Positions 1 through 9,459 of a DNA stretch of 64,000 nt are shown piece by piece. Under the pieces are notes generated by a model. The model searched no databases, had not been told where the DNA came from, and worked only from the letters and a program-made list of their open reading frames with translations. The position numbers and the translations under genes are program-made. The stretch covers positions 25,096-89,095 of the forward strand of contig CASFOW010000042.1 of assembly GCA_949296705.1 (NCBI GenBank), read 5' to 3'. Within the stretch, counting starts at the first letter, position 1. Each line of letters opens with the position of its first letter. The DNA comes from an uncultured bacterium. Lineage in GTDB: Bacteria; Bacillota_I; Bacilli_A; RF39; UBA660.

Positions 1-510
1 AGTTAAATTTCTAATTCCTAAGATGTAGGCTCCACCACTAGCGATATTATTAATTATCATTGTACTACCATCTGATGAACTAGGGACTGCTTGTTGCTGA
101 GTAAGATTGTTGCCGCCACTCGGACTACTATCTAACTGTTGTAAATGAGCGACGTCTCGATAAGTATTTGGATTATTTAATAGATAATTTACTCCATCTA
201 GATTAGTTGTGAAATTATAAATCCCCATTGAAATCATTTTAGATAGAAATTGAGGGGCTAAGCACTCAGGCGTATCAGGCAAAAGAATAATAATCTTTTC
301 CACATCTAAAGCCATAGACAGCTTTTGAAGATTTCTGATGTCATGATAGTCTTTCAATGCTGTTAAATCCAGAATCATTCTACCGAAGAAAAAATTACTA
401 AACATTTGAACTAATTCATCGGCATTAAATACCCCATGAATAGATTTGATTACTTCTATATCTAAATTGGCAAGCTCCGCTTGTCTTTCATTGGATATAA
501 TTACATTCAT
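1..510 (-). CDS. Partial CDS, running off the window start. Hypothetical protein with a receiver-like N-terminal region, possibly TadZ/CpaE-like.
   Basis: Minus-strand ORF starts at ATG 510 with RBS GGTGGTGAG 6 nt upstream and has no stop before position 1. It begins MNVIISNERQAELANLDIEVIKSIHGVFNADELVQMFS...EKIIILLPDTPE...GIYNF. The D/D/K spacing loosely resembles a degenerate receiver domain. No Walker A motif was seen in the available part. It is the last visible gene of the Tad-like operon. Confidence 0.3.
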   Translation of the reverse strand, partial: MNVIISNERQAELANLDIEVIKSIHGVFNADELVQMFSNFFFGRMILDLTALKDYHDIRNLQKLSMALDVEKIIILLPDTPECLAPQFLSKMISMGIYNFTTNLDGVNYLLNNPNTYRDVAHLQQLDSSPSGGNNLTQQQAVPSSSDGSTMIINNIASGGAYILGIRNLT

Positions 511-534
511 CTATTACTCACCACCATCCTGCCT

Positions 535-1056
535 TTAAGAATGCCTTGCATTTCTACATAATTCACTGTTATTTCCTGATGAATAAATGGTATCTGTCTC
601 CCCAGTTATCACTAAAAAATTCGCGGCAGCCGGAAAAATCCTATTGATAATTGGTATGTTTACATTAACAAAAGTAGCCACAGCATACTGAGCTCCTTTG
701 TAAGTCAAATTAGAATTATTAGTACCAGTCACATCAGCTAATTCGCATTTTACACAAAAGACAAACTTTTCGCCACTTTCTAAGGTCTGAACATATGGTT
801 CATACCCCATTCTACGACATTTATCTTCATAAATACTAGTAGAAGAAAAAGAGTAATTTAAGCGATTGGCGTAATCATCAATTTTGTCACTGGCACTAGG
901 CGTTAATCCCTCATATTGTTCAATGATTGTTATCAATTGGTTCTTCATATGAAAAGACTTTGTGTAGCTGACACTAAACATCAAAAGTCCTATCATTAAT
1001 ACTAAAAAAACAAATATAGCCTGAAAAGACAAAACACCACCTAATGCTTCTTTCAC
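535..1056 (-). CDS. TadE-like pseudopilin / minor pilin, paralog 1 (173 aa)
   Basis: N-terminus MKEALGG/VLSFQAIFVFLVLMIGLL has a short polar leader, Gly and a hydrophobic helix, like a class III prepilin. Size is typical of the TadE/TadF family. About 35% identity to the adjacent paralog with conserved Cys positions (C..GY, FCxKCE). Located in the Tad-like operon. Confidence 0.5.
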   Translation of the reverse strand: MKEALGGVLSFQAIFVFLVLMIGLLMFSVSYTKSFHMKNQLITIIEQYEGLTPSASDKIDDYANRLNYSFSSTSIYEDKCRRMGYEPYVQTLESGEKFVFCVKCELADVTGTNNSNLTYKGAQYAVATFVNVNIPIINRIFPAAANFLVITGETDTIYSSGNNSELCRNARHS

Positions 1057-1074
1057 GGTATCACCTACTTTACC

Positions 1075-1596
1075 CTATCTTCTCGAATTGCAGAACTCAC
1101 TTGCTTCTTTTGCATGGACATCAGAATAAATCAATGGTGTTTCTCCTGCTATTTTGAAAAAACTAGCGGTAAATGGCAAAATATTATTAACTAGTGGAAC
1201 ATCAAAAGTAACAAAAGTTACAATTGAATAATAGGCGGCTCTACTTCTATCATCATCATTGGGCCTACCTGTAATATCTGCATATTCACATTTGATACAA
1301 AAGCGAACTCCATTTCCATTTTCACTAGTTTTTCCATTATAGACATCATACCCCATTTGTTCGCAAACCGATTCATATTCAGCAGGTAAGAAATAATTCA
1401 TTCCACGAACAACGTCATTTATTTCATGACGTGCTTCTACTGACAATCCCTCATGCTTTTCAATAATATTACGTATTTCGTTTTTTACTCGAAAAGCTTT
1501 TGTATAATTGACAGAAAAAGCCAGTAAACAAGTAATGATTATCATCGCAACAACAATTGCCTGTAATACAAATACGCCACCTACTCCTTCTTTCAA
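1075..1596 (-). CDS. TadE-like pseudopilin / minor pilin, paralog 2 (173 aa)
   Basis: N-terminus MKEGVGG/VFVLQAIVVAMIIITCLL. Tandem paralog of 535..1056 with the same architecture and conserved cysteines. Confidence 0.5.
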   Translation of the reverse strand: MKEGVGGVFVLQAIVVAMIIITCLLAFSVNYTKAFRVKNEIRNIIEKHEGLSVEARHEINDVVRGMNYFLPAEYESVCEQMGYDVYNGKTSENGNGVRFCIKCEYADITGRPNDDDRSRAAYYSIVTFVTFDVPLVNNILPFTASFFKIAGETPLIYSDVHAKEASEFCNSRR

Positions 1597-1654
1597 ACTA
1601 CCACCGCTTTTCTTCTTTTATCTTATTTTTATTTACTATCTACTAGAGTAATGA

Positions 1655-1858
1655 CTAGCCACTAACACAACTTGTACCATTATAGTATTGCCCAGCTGGA
1701 CAGTTTACATCTTGACCGGCATTACCGCTAATTGTATTCCAAGTATCTGTAATCGTATTAGAAATAGTTGGCCACATTACCCAGAAAAAGGCAACAATCG
1801 CTCCTATCGCAATAATTGTTACAACGGTCATATTTAATTCACCAGTTGCTTCTTTCAT
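1655..1858 (-). CDS. Flp-family-like small pilin (67 aa)
   Basis: 67-aa protein MKEATG/ELNMTVVTIIAIGAIVAFFWVMW has a short leader, Gly and a single hydrophobic helix, with size typical of Flp pilins. It shares the MKEaxG leader with the two TadE-like proteins. It lies immediately downstream of tadC in the operon. The sequence does not fit the canonical G/xxxxEY motif. Confidence 0.45.
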   Translation of the reverse strand: MKEATGELNMTVVTIIAIGAIVAFFWVMWPTISNTITDTWNTISGNAGQDVNCPAGQYYNGTSCVSG

Positions 1859-1921
1859 AAATTATCTCCTCCTTATAATAATATTATAGCATAATTTTCA
1901 TTACCTGCATAGTTCTTTACG

Positions 1922-2707
1922 TTAAAGATTTGTAAACATGTAAATCATCGCTATTAGAATCAGAACCATAACACCAGCACCAGTCGCTACTAACATAACC
2001 ATAGTTTGTCCTTCCATATGCTCGATTCTTTCTTTGTATTTTTGATCTCTTGCCTTAGCTTGTAAATTAGATACTGTTCTAGAAAACATTAATAAACGTT
2101 CCTGTTTTCTTTCTTGGGAACCTAATCCTAAACGATATAGTAATCTCATCATTCTCATTGAATCACGAACTGGATACTGATTAGCAAAATCCATATAAGG
2201 CTGAATACTAGAATCGCCTGCATCAATTTTTGCAATCATTTCTCTAAGTCCTGGTTTAAATACATCCGGTGCTTCCGGAATTGATTTAGCTAGCGCAACT
2301 GGCACAGTATAGTGCTGTACTAAGATTTCTAATCCCTTTAAATAGTATGGCAACATGACATCAATTTCATGTAAGTGACGTTTATAGTATTTCTTTAAAT
2401 TTGTATATTCTATCTTATATACAAAGTAACCAACTAAAATCGATAACACAATATTAATTAATGATAATTCAGTTAAAAAAACAAAAAGAAAAATAACAAT
2501 AACTAAACCACCATTTTTTAATCGTTTGGCAAATATCTCATCTGGTGTTTTTTTATCCCCATAACGAGCAGCTACTAGAAACTCAAAATCATCTTCTTTT
2601 AATTTATCTAATAGCATCTTATTATCTTGAATAAACTTTTCACCATCAATATTTCGATTATATACTAAGATAAATACAAAAATTGCACCAACAATAAATA
2701 TTTCCAT
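1922..2707 (-). CDS. tadC: TadC-like pilus assembly membrane protein (T2SS-F domain)
   Basis: 261-aa polytopic membrane protein immediately downstream of a TadB-like gene with start/stop overlap at 2707. The order ATPase-TadB-TadC is canonical for Tad loci. Confidence 0.55.
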   Translation of the reverse strand: MEIFIVGAIFVFILVYNRNIDGEKFIQDNKMLLDKLKEDDFEFLVAARYGDKKTPDEIFAKRLKNGGLVIVIFLFVFLTELSLINIVLSILVGYFVYKIEYTNLKKYYKRHLHEIDVMLPYYLKGLEILVQHYTVPVALAKSIPEAPDVFKPGLREMIAKIDAGDSSIQPYMDFANQYPVRDSMRMMRLLYRLGLGSQERKQERLLMFSRTVSNLQAKARDQKYKERIEHMEGQTMVMLVATGAGVMVLILIAMIYMFTNL

Positions 2708-3600
2708 TATTCTTCACCCACATTCTCATTGTAAAACTTCTCACCCTTGAGTAGGAAGTAACTATTTACTAAGATAATACCGTGAAGAATTATCTTTACA
2801 AAGACATTATCTAACAATTGAATATAGGTATCTCTACCTAATAAATATTGAATTAGCATTACCATCAGATATAGCATAATTCCATATTTTAAGAATCCTT
2901 TATGAAAATTTGCTCTTTCCATACGGTCACGGTATACACTTTCTACTAGCATATCGATGTCTAGTTGCATGTTATCTAAAGATTCTCCAGAGTCTCTAGC
3001 TCCTTCTTTGGTAATTTGTAAAAATAATTGATGCATATTTTTAACAATATAATATGGATACTTGGTAGTCATAAATTCGATGGATTCATCGATAGATCCA
3101 TTCTGATAAGCTAGAGAAATCATTAAATCAACATCACTTAGTACAGGATCTTCTAAGACACCTGATGCAACAACACCTTCTAGAGCTTTTACGAAACTTT
3201 GTGTAGTTGCGAACTCCATAATTGTATTTGTCGTATAGATTTGAATTTGTTCAAAGATAAATTCGCTATAAACCCTTTTGCATCTTAGATAAGCAAGATA
3301 AGGAATCGTCATATCTAAGGCAATAATATAGATTACTGAAATCAATATATTATAGAAATATAGATAAGAAATAACTCCGGCAAAAATAGAAAAAGTTACT
3401 ACTTGAATCATATATTGTCTCGGAGTGTATTCTTGCCCTAAATCCTTTGTTTTCTGGCGAATAACTTTAAAGGAATACGGAGCAAAACGATTATACATGT
3501 TCGTTGCTTGTAACGTAATAAAGTGATAGACATTTTGTCCTTTATATTTACGGTAAAAAAGTATAAATAGCGCTATGGCTAATAGAATTAATAATTCCAC
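2707..3600 (-). CDS. tadB: TadB-like pilus assembly membrane protein (T2SS-F domain)
   Basis: 297-aa protein with N-terminal and C-terminal TM segments flanking a cytoplasmic helical domain. It directly follows the CpaF ATPase gene. Confidence 0.55.
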   Translation of the reverse strand: MELLILLAIALFILFYRKYKGQNVYHFITLQATNMYNRFAPYSFKVIRQKTKDLGQEYTPRQYMIQVVTFSIFAGVISYLYFYNILISVIYIIALDMTIPYLAYLRCKRVYSEFIFEQIQIYTTNTIMEFATTQSFVKALEGVVASGVLEDPVLSDVDLMISLAYQNGSIDESIEFMTTKYPYYIVKNMHQLFLQITKEGARDSGESLDNMQLDIDMLVESVYRDRMERANFHKGFLKYGIMLYLMVMLIQYLLGRDTYIQLLDNVFVKIILHGIILVNSYFLLKGEKFYNENVGEE

Positions 3601-3620
3601 TATTTCTCACCTCTTTTCAC

Positions 3621-5099
3621 TTAATTGTTGTTAAAATCCACGATGATTGGTTGAGTTTGATTCACTGTTGGATTTCCCCCTTGAGTTATACCACTACTAG
3701 TTGGTTGCAGTATAGCTTGTCCTAATGTCTGTGTTACTGGCTGTTGTTCGTGTGGTGGAGTTAAAGTTGTCGTTGAACTCTGGGAAGGAGTCGAAATCGG
3801 ATTAGGATTCGGTGTTGGAGCTACTGGTACATTGCCAACAGGATTAGAAACTGATGGTACTGGACTAGATACTGGTGTAATTGTTTCTTTTCTTTCCAAG
3901 GAAGCATTCACTGTCTCTGTTTGTTTGGATATATTATCTCCTGCGGTAGGAACTTTTACATTCTCTACCTTAGGAGATTCTAAATTTGTCGTTGGATTCT
4001 CCCCAATCACATCTTCCAATTTTATTCCCCCATCTTCTTCTTCCGCTCCTTCAAAAGTAGTTGATTCTAGTTCAACATTTTGTGCTAATAGTGAATCGAT
4101 CAAATGCTGACTAGGATTTTTCTTAATAATCTTTCCATTCATTAGTTTCTGATATAAAACATTGTAGACTGGTTTATTATTATCATCGATATAGAATTCC
4201 GTAATTTCATCAATTTCACGATGAAATTTTCCATATTTCTTACTATAGTAAGCTTTAATATGAACGCCTAATTGAACATAACGATAGATCGTACTTAAGA
4301 ATTGATCAACATCTAGTTCTGTTTCCATTAAAGAATACATACGATGTGGAATTGCACTTGCTTTATCTGAGTGGATTGTCGATAAAATATTATGTCCTGA
4401 AGAAATAGAGTTACGAACGGCACTTACAGCTTCGGCACTACGGACTTCTGACAAAAGAATCCATTTAGGGTTCTGTCTCATACAAGTAACTAATACATCA
4501 CTATAAGAAGCGATATTATTAGTTTTCATTGCGACAATATCACGATGTGGATAAATCTTATCTAAGTGTAATTCCAAGGTATCCTCAATCGTAATGATTT
4601 TTTCACTTTCTTTAGTATGGGATGCTAGATATTTGACAAATTCAGTTTTACCTGAACCTGTTTCTCCACAGACGATGATATTACAATGTCCATGAACGCA
4701 TTTAATTAAGAAATCATGAATATCTTTGGTTACATAATCTTCTTTTAATAACGTTTCTTCTTTTAATCGTATCTTAGCTGGTGTCTTACGAATAACTAAC
4801 GCAATTCCGTTAGTTGCAATTGATTCATGGACGAAATTCATACGTAACTCTGGACTTTCCGCATCAAGGAAAGGGCTAGCATTATTGAAAGTTGTCCCCA
4901 TAACGTTGGAACATTGAAAAGCTAACTTTTCTACTACACTATTATTAATGGCGGGATTTTCTACTCTAAGTGAACCTTGGGTTAAAGAACGAATCCAAAT
5001 TTGTCCATTATTCGTGTATGAGATATCGGTGATATCATCATTTTCGATATACTCTCTAAAAGCCCCAAAATCTAATTGTTCAAATAGGTTATCTTTCAT
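3621..5099 (-). CDS. cpaF: CpaF/TadA-family secretion ATPase with a C-terminal Pro/Thr/Ser-rich tail
   Basis: Walker A CGETGSGKTE and the family-typical segment VTCMRQNPKWILLSEVRSAEA, plus a His box. The core of about 350 aa is followed by about 130 aa of low complexity (PVSSPVPSVSNPVGNVPVAPTPNPNPISTPSQSSTTTLTPP...). Confidence 0.85.
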   Translation of the reverse strand: MKDNLFEQLDFGAFREYIENDDITDISYTNNGQIWIRSLTQGSLRVENPAINNSVVEKLAFQCSNVMGTTFNNASPFLDAESPELRMNFVHESIATNGIALVIRKTPAKIRLKEETLLKEDYVTKDIHDFLIKCVHGHCNIIVCGETGSGKTEFVKYLASHTKESEKIITIEDTLELHLDKIYPHRDIVAMKTNNIASYSDVLVTCMRQNPKWILLSEVRSAEAVSAVRNSISSGHNILSTIHSDKASAIPHRMYSLMETELDVDQFLSTIYRYVQLGVHIKAYYSKKYGKFHREIDEITEFYIDDNNKPVYNVLYQKLMNGKIIKKNPSQHLIDSLLAQNVELESTTFEGAEEEDGGIKLEDVIGENPTTNLESPKVENVKVPTAGDNISKQTETVNASLERKETITPVSSPVPSVSNPVGNVPVAPTPNPNPISTPSQSSTTTLTPPHEQQPVTQTLGQAILQPTSSGITQGGNPTVNQTQPIIVDFNNN

Positions 5100-5118
5100 A
5101 CTCTAGCTCCTCTTTTCT

Positions 5119-5958
5119 TTACTCTGTTGGTAATGGTGCGGGATTTTCTAAATCCAAATCAGTAAACTCAGTTACTTCGTTAATAAAGTCACGTAATGTT
5201 TCACTAGCAATACTTACCTCACCTGGTTCTTCTTTTAGTGATTCATTCGTTGGTACTGGGATAATAGCAACTTCATAAGTACGTAAATATCCAGCCTTTC
5301 TTAATAGAATATGATATTCTTCTGGTAAAGCGAAGATAATTTGTGATGGTGTTTTAACGTTTTCTAAGTCTTCGAATACATCATCACCATTTGAATCTAA
5401 TACCGCAAGAATTTTTACATTCTTTAATAGTTTACCAACCATAATTTTATCTTCAGTATCTGCGGTAATATTTTCTTCATCTACTTTATTGGTTGCTTTA
5501 ATATAGATATCAATATAGTTTCCAGGATAGATCTTGTTACCATAAGTTGTTTCCGTTGTAACGGCTAAGTTCATTAAGACATAATCATCTGGATAGTCAT
5601 ATAGTATTGAATCTGGCAACTCTGATTGGGTAACTACTGCTCTTTGATAGAATAAGCTACCTTGTGGGATTGTGCAATCTGCATTAACATAGTAATTAAT
5701 AATTTTACTAGTGTCAGTAATAACATCTCCCTGTACCATAGCCATTGGTACATCCACGATACCAACCATATCGCTAGTAATTCTTGTTCTAGAAGAAATA
5801 TCTACTAAGGCGTAAGGTACACTAGTTGGATTGGTTTTTTGACTAATTCTGTAATTGTAGAAAAAATACAAGACGACAATTGCGATAACAGTCAAGATTA
5901 TCGTAACTGTATTTTTGTTTGTTAAGAACTTCTTTACTCTGGTTCCTACTCCATTCAT
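5119..5958 (-). CDS. cpaB: CpaB/RcpC-like Flp pilus assembly protein
   Basis: N-terminal TM anchor (TVTIILTVIAIVVLYFFY) followed by a region resembling a SAF domain (ALVDISSRTRITSDMVGIVDVPMAMVQGDVI). It sits immediately upstream of cpaF, as in Tad loci. Confidence 0.55.
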   Translation of the reverse strand: MNGVGTRVKKFLTNKNTVTIILTVIAIVVLYFFYNYRISQKTNPTSVPYALVDISSRTRITSDMVGIVDVPMAMVQGDVITDTSKIINYYVNADCTIPQGSLFYQRAVVTQSELPDSILYDYPDDYVLMNLAVTTETTYGNKIYPGNYIDIYIKATNKVDEENITADTEDKIMVGKLLKNVKILAVLDSNGDDVFEDLENVKTPSQIIFALPEEYHILLRKAGYLRTYEVAIIPVPTNESLKEEPGEVSIASETLRDFINEVTEFTDLDLENPAPLPTE

Positions 5959-5970
5959 TATTTTCCCCTC

Positions 5971-6399
5971 CTACTCAACTTCTTCAATCTTTCTTTTTTC
6001 ATTATATTTTGTTTCTAATATACCATCAATCGTCGTTACGATATCGAAATCTTCGCCAACAAAAGAGGCAACTGTTGTCGTTCCTACTTGGATACTTGCT
6101 TTTGGTGGTGTTTCATTGAAGTCAATAATCTTGATTCGATAGGTAGAAGATGCAGAAACGCTGTCTGCAAATCTTCTAATAAAACTCTCTAAGAATTTTT
6201 CTCTATCTACTCGTATAATTCCACCGGATGTACGATAATATCCCCAATCGACGCCGTCAATCATTGCTGCTTCAGTTGTTTCTTTCAATAAGTAATAATC
6301 TAATTCGTTACCCGATTGATAGTTTTGAATTAAATTTACACAGGCTAGAGTTAATACTCCTAAGATTATAATTCCTGTAATGATCATTCCTTTACTCAT
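5971..6399 (-). CDS. Small membrane-anchored protein, possible minor pilin/pseudopilin
   Basis: 142 aa, N-terminus MSKG/MIITGIIILGVLTLA with one hydrophobic helix then a soluble domain. Context is between the cysteine-rich protein and cpaB. Confidence 0.35.
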   Translation of the reverse strand: MSKGMIITGIIILGVLTLACVNLIQNYQSGNELDYYLLKETTEAAMIDGVDWGYYRTSGGIIRVDREKFLESFIRRFADSVSASSTYRIKIIDFNETPPKASIQVGTTTVASFVGEDFDIVTTIDGILETKYNEKRKIEEVE

Positions 6400-6411
6400 A
6401 ACTCTCTCCTT

Positions 6412-9402
6412 TTAATCATCGTCACAATCGCCACCGTAGGCATTGTTGCATATGGCAATTTGTTTTCGTGACTGCGCATTATAACCACTTGTATAAGTAA
6501 CATTTCCTGTGTCGTCTAAGAAATTACTTGTACATACTTCACGACCACCTATCGTTGAACAACTCATATCATAGTCCAGATAATTTGTATATCCATCGCC
6601 GTTAAAGTCTCCTACATTCTTGTTGTACTGTCGTATTCGCATGATTTGTTCTGTCGTCAGGATGATGTCGTAATCTACTTCATTTGTATCACTATAGATT
6701 TCATTTCCCTTATATTCGATATCTTCAGTTAACTCAATTGGGTTGATCTTATATCCTAATAGATTATAGATTCGACTATCGGTTGGGATTGCTCCATTTG
6801 TCCAATTCCAACGTGGATTTCTATCATTAGGGAAGACATCGACTAAATCAATCGGTCTATAGATAAAGGTTATTCCAGAATAATCAATCGGTGGTGTATC
6901 TCCGCCAGGGCAATCTGGTCCTGTACAAGTCTCTGGACAATTTGGCCCGGTACATGGCTGATCACAATCTGGGCAATTAGATCCATCTACTTGGGTTGGA
7001 TCATCTGGGTCAATGAATAAATTATTATATACTCCATAGAAGCAATTGATTTGATCACTATAGTCACGAGTTCCAATTCCATTTACATTAACAGTTATAG
7101 TTGCTTTTTTATTGCCCTGACTGAAATATTGGTCATAGCCAATTAAACTAACTCTCTGATTATAATCTAGTGGGATGGATACATTTGTATTTCTGCTCTT
7201 TGGATCCGTATAGTATCTTCTTCCGCCAGCATAGAATTTCTTAGCATCAAAATTAATATTGCCTAAACGTCCGGTATTGGCATCAAATGCTTCATAGCCT
7301 CTGCCCGCTTTGTAAGCAGCTAGACCGGTTGTTTTATTTACATAAGCTTCTGGTAGTTGTAAATCTACTGTTATGGATTTTTCGTTTTTCGTACAGTAAC
7401 TTACTGTTATATTGAATGGAGTAGGTGAATCTCCTAATTGTACTGTTCTTGTACCACCTGGACAGCTTACACCACTATGACTTACATTTTCAATAATATC
7501 GGCATCATTTGAACTTACTGTATAAGTATAAGCCTGATTACCTTTCTTTAAATAAGAATCTGAAATATTAATCGTGTAAGTACCTGTCTTTTGTTGTTCT
7601 TCAGCGATGGATTTAAAGTTCACATATTCATTATTTGAGGCAATCAATTGATTACCGTATAACTCATCTGGATTATCTACACATCCTGCAGGACCTACTG
7701 TTTCAGTAATTGTGCAGATTCCATTATGATTATCACAATATGTTGAGAATGTCATTCCAACATCACCACAGTGTTCAGTATGTACACTACAGGTATACAT
7801 TCCTTTATAATTACCTGCACCGTCTACTGAATCATGACTGAAGCTGCAGCGACTATCCGAGGTAGAAGTAATTACATCGATAATACTCGTCCCAGTTCTT
7901 TCAATAGAATGCTCAAGAAATGTAGTTGGACGTTCTAGTTTGGCATCTAAAAGAGATAAATCTCTAGGGTTATTTTTGCCATACACTGTATTGTAGCAAG
8001 AATTAATACAACTTTGTGTATATTTACCACCATCACACGAATTTACGCAAGCGTCAAAATCGTCATTTGGACCGCTAGTAGGATCTTCACCAGGATCGTC
8101 ACCTTTAGTGACACGACCGCTTCTTTCATCATAGCTGCAGACTGTGTGACAACTGTAAACGCATTTAGGTTTCTTAATAACTTGTTGTTTATGAACTATT
8201 GAACATTGCCTTGTTGCTTGAAATGTTCCTCCATAAGTGAATCCTGCTCCTGCATAGACGAGTTTAGCTCCAACTGGATAAATGTCATATTTTTCCCAAC
8301 AGGTAAGTCCCCAATAGGTACCCGATTGACTATAGACTATTTGATATCCTTGGTGTCGTTCTGTATTACATTGAAAACCATTGCTCGTATCAAGAATTGA
8401 ATATCCATCCTCTGGAGCACTTCCAACTAAGGCTTGCAGATTTTGATAAGCTTTTTGAATATCTTCTCTTAATGTCAGATATTGACTGTAAGTAATTTTA
8501 TCTTCATAACAAACTCCTGCATAGTTAAGTTTTAAAGAGGAAATTAAAGTTTGCAAGTAAGCAGGGTCTGGGGAATAAACTACTTTGCTATCTACTAGAT
8601 ATTGAATATAATCTTCTATTGTTTTACACCCGTAAGAATTATTTGTATCCCTAGAAGTGACTGCTGGGTTATCAAGATTAATACTATCTGCGGTATTGAT
8701 AACGACTTCTACGCTTGCAATATAAGTATTATTACAAGGTGAAGAAGGATCATCAATATAATATTCTAAAGTTATTTTATTGACATCAATCGAACCGGTT
8801 GCAGCATTATATTTTGAAGGTTCAAGATTTCTCAATACATAATAGTTCCCTTCTTTTGACAAAAAATTGCTGTAATCAGTTGAAAATTGTGAAGTGGTAT
8901 TTTTTTCTTCGCCTGGGGCTACATACCGTATCTTTGCGGTGCCACCAAATAAATCTTTTATCTTAAGGGTAATTAAACCATTCGATAAATTTAATTCCAT
9001 TTCAATATTTTTGTATTGATTGGTTTCATCATCAACAGCTAGCACATTATTTAATTCGTATCTTTTATCTTCAGCTGTTGTAGGACAAGTCTGAATACTA
9101 CCATAACTATCTGTATAGCAATTATATCCCTTTTCTACCACATTAAGTTTATATGGCGTTAAATCAGTCGTACCGACTGGATAAGTAACATAACCACTCA
9201 TTATCGCCGCTTCATCGATTTTATCGAGGGTTACGGCAGTTGATACACTTGGATCCCAACTTACTTGGTAGTATCGCTTGTTGGAAAGACAAAAGTTTTT
9301 ATTTTGTAATCCTGTAGCTGCTTCTGTTTTTTGTGGTAATAAAATCACGCAGATTACAATCAAGAAAAAGAAAAGTATTTTTGATTTTCTCATTATGTTC
9401 AC
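6412..9402 (-). CDS. Large secreted cysteine-rich protein (996 aa), candidate pilus-associated adhesin
   Basis: Sec-type signal peptide MNIMRKSKILFFFLIVICVILLPQKTEA/A. Many cysteines, including the cluster NCPDCDQPCTGPNCPETCTGPDCPGG at nt ~6900-7000. No LPxTG-like sorting signal at the C-terminus (ends ...GGDCDDD). Confidence 0.7.
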   Translation of the reverse strand: MNIMRKSKILFFFLIVICVILLPQKTEAATGLQNKNFCLSNKRYYQVSWDPSVSTAVTLDKIDEAAIMSGYVTYPVGTTDLTPYKLNVVEKGYNCYTDSYGSIQTCPTTAEDKRYELNNVLAVDDETNQYKNIEMELNLSNGLITLKIKDLFGGTAKIRYVAPGEEKNTTSQFSTDYSNFLSKEGNYYVLRNLEPSKYNAATGSIDVNKITLEYYIDDPSSPCNNTYIASVEVVINTADSINLDNPAVTSRDTNNSYGCKTIEDYIQYLVDSKVVYSPDPAYLQTLISSLKLNYAGVCYEDKITYSQYLTLREDIQKAYQNLQALVGSAPEDGYSILDTSNGFQCNTERHQGYQIVYSQSGTYWGLTCWEKYDIYPVGAKLVYAGAGFTYGGTFQATRQCSIVHKQQVIKKPKCVYSCHTVCSYDERSGRVTKGDDPGEDPTSGPNDDFDACVNSCDGGKYTQSCINSCYNTVYGKNNPRDLSLLDAKLERPTTFLEHSIERTGTSIIDVITSTSDSRCSFSHDSVDGAGNYKGMYTCSVHTEHCGDVGMTFSTYCDNHNGICTITETVGPAGCVDNPDELYGNQLIASNNEYVNFKSIAEEQQKTGTYTINISDSYLKKGNQAYTYTVSSNDADIIENVSHSGVSCPGGTRTVQLGDSPTPFNITVSYCTKNEKSITVDLQLPEAYVNKTTGLAAYKAGRGYEAFDANTGRLGNINFDAKKFYAGGRRYYTDPKSRNTNVSIPLDYNQRVSLIGYDQYFSQGNKKATITVNVNGIGTRDYSDQINCFYGVYNNLFIDPDDPTQVDGSNCPDCDQPCTGPNCPETCTGPDCPGGDTPPIDYSGITFIYRPIDLVDVFPNDRNPRWNWTNGAIPTDSRIYNLLGYKINPIELTEDIEYKGNEIYSDTNEVDYDIILTTEQIMRIRQYNKNVGDFNGDGYTNYLDYDMSCSTIGGREVCTSNFLDDTGNVTYTSGYNAQSRKQIAICNNAYGGDCDDD

Positions 9403-9459
9403 CTCGCTACTATACTATATATTTCATTATAACATATTTTAATTTTTTGACATAGTTTT

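Noticed and set aside
3832-4110. 92-aa plus-strand ORF inside cpaF
   Set aside because: It is antisense to the low-complexity P/T/S-rich tail of CpaF, a compositional artefact with no RBS.
5915-6142. Two overlapping plus-strand ORFs (75 aa and 66 aa)
   Set aside because: They overlap the well-supported minus-strand cpaB-like and 142-aa genes, have a low-complexity F/L/S-rich translation and no RBS.
8014-8400. Two plus-strand ORFs inside the 996-aa gene
   Set aside because: Antisense to a long, signal-peptide-bearing ORF. No start context.
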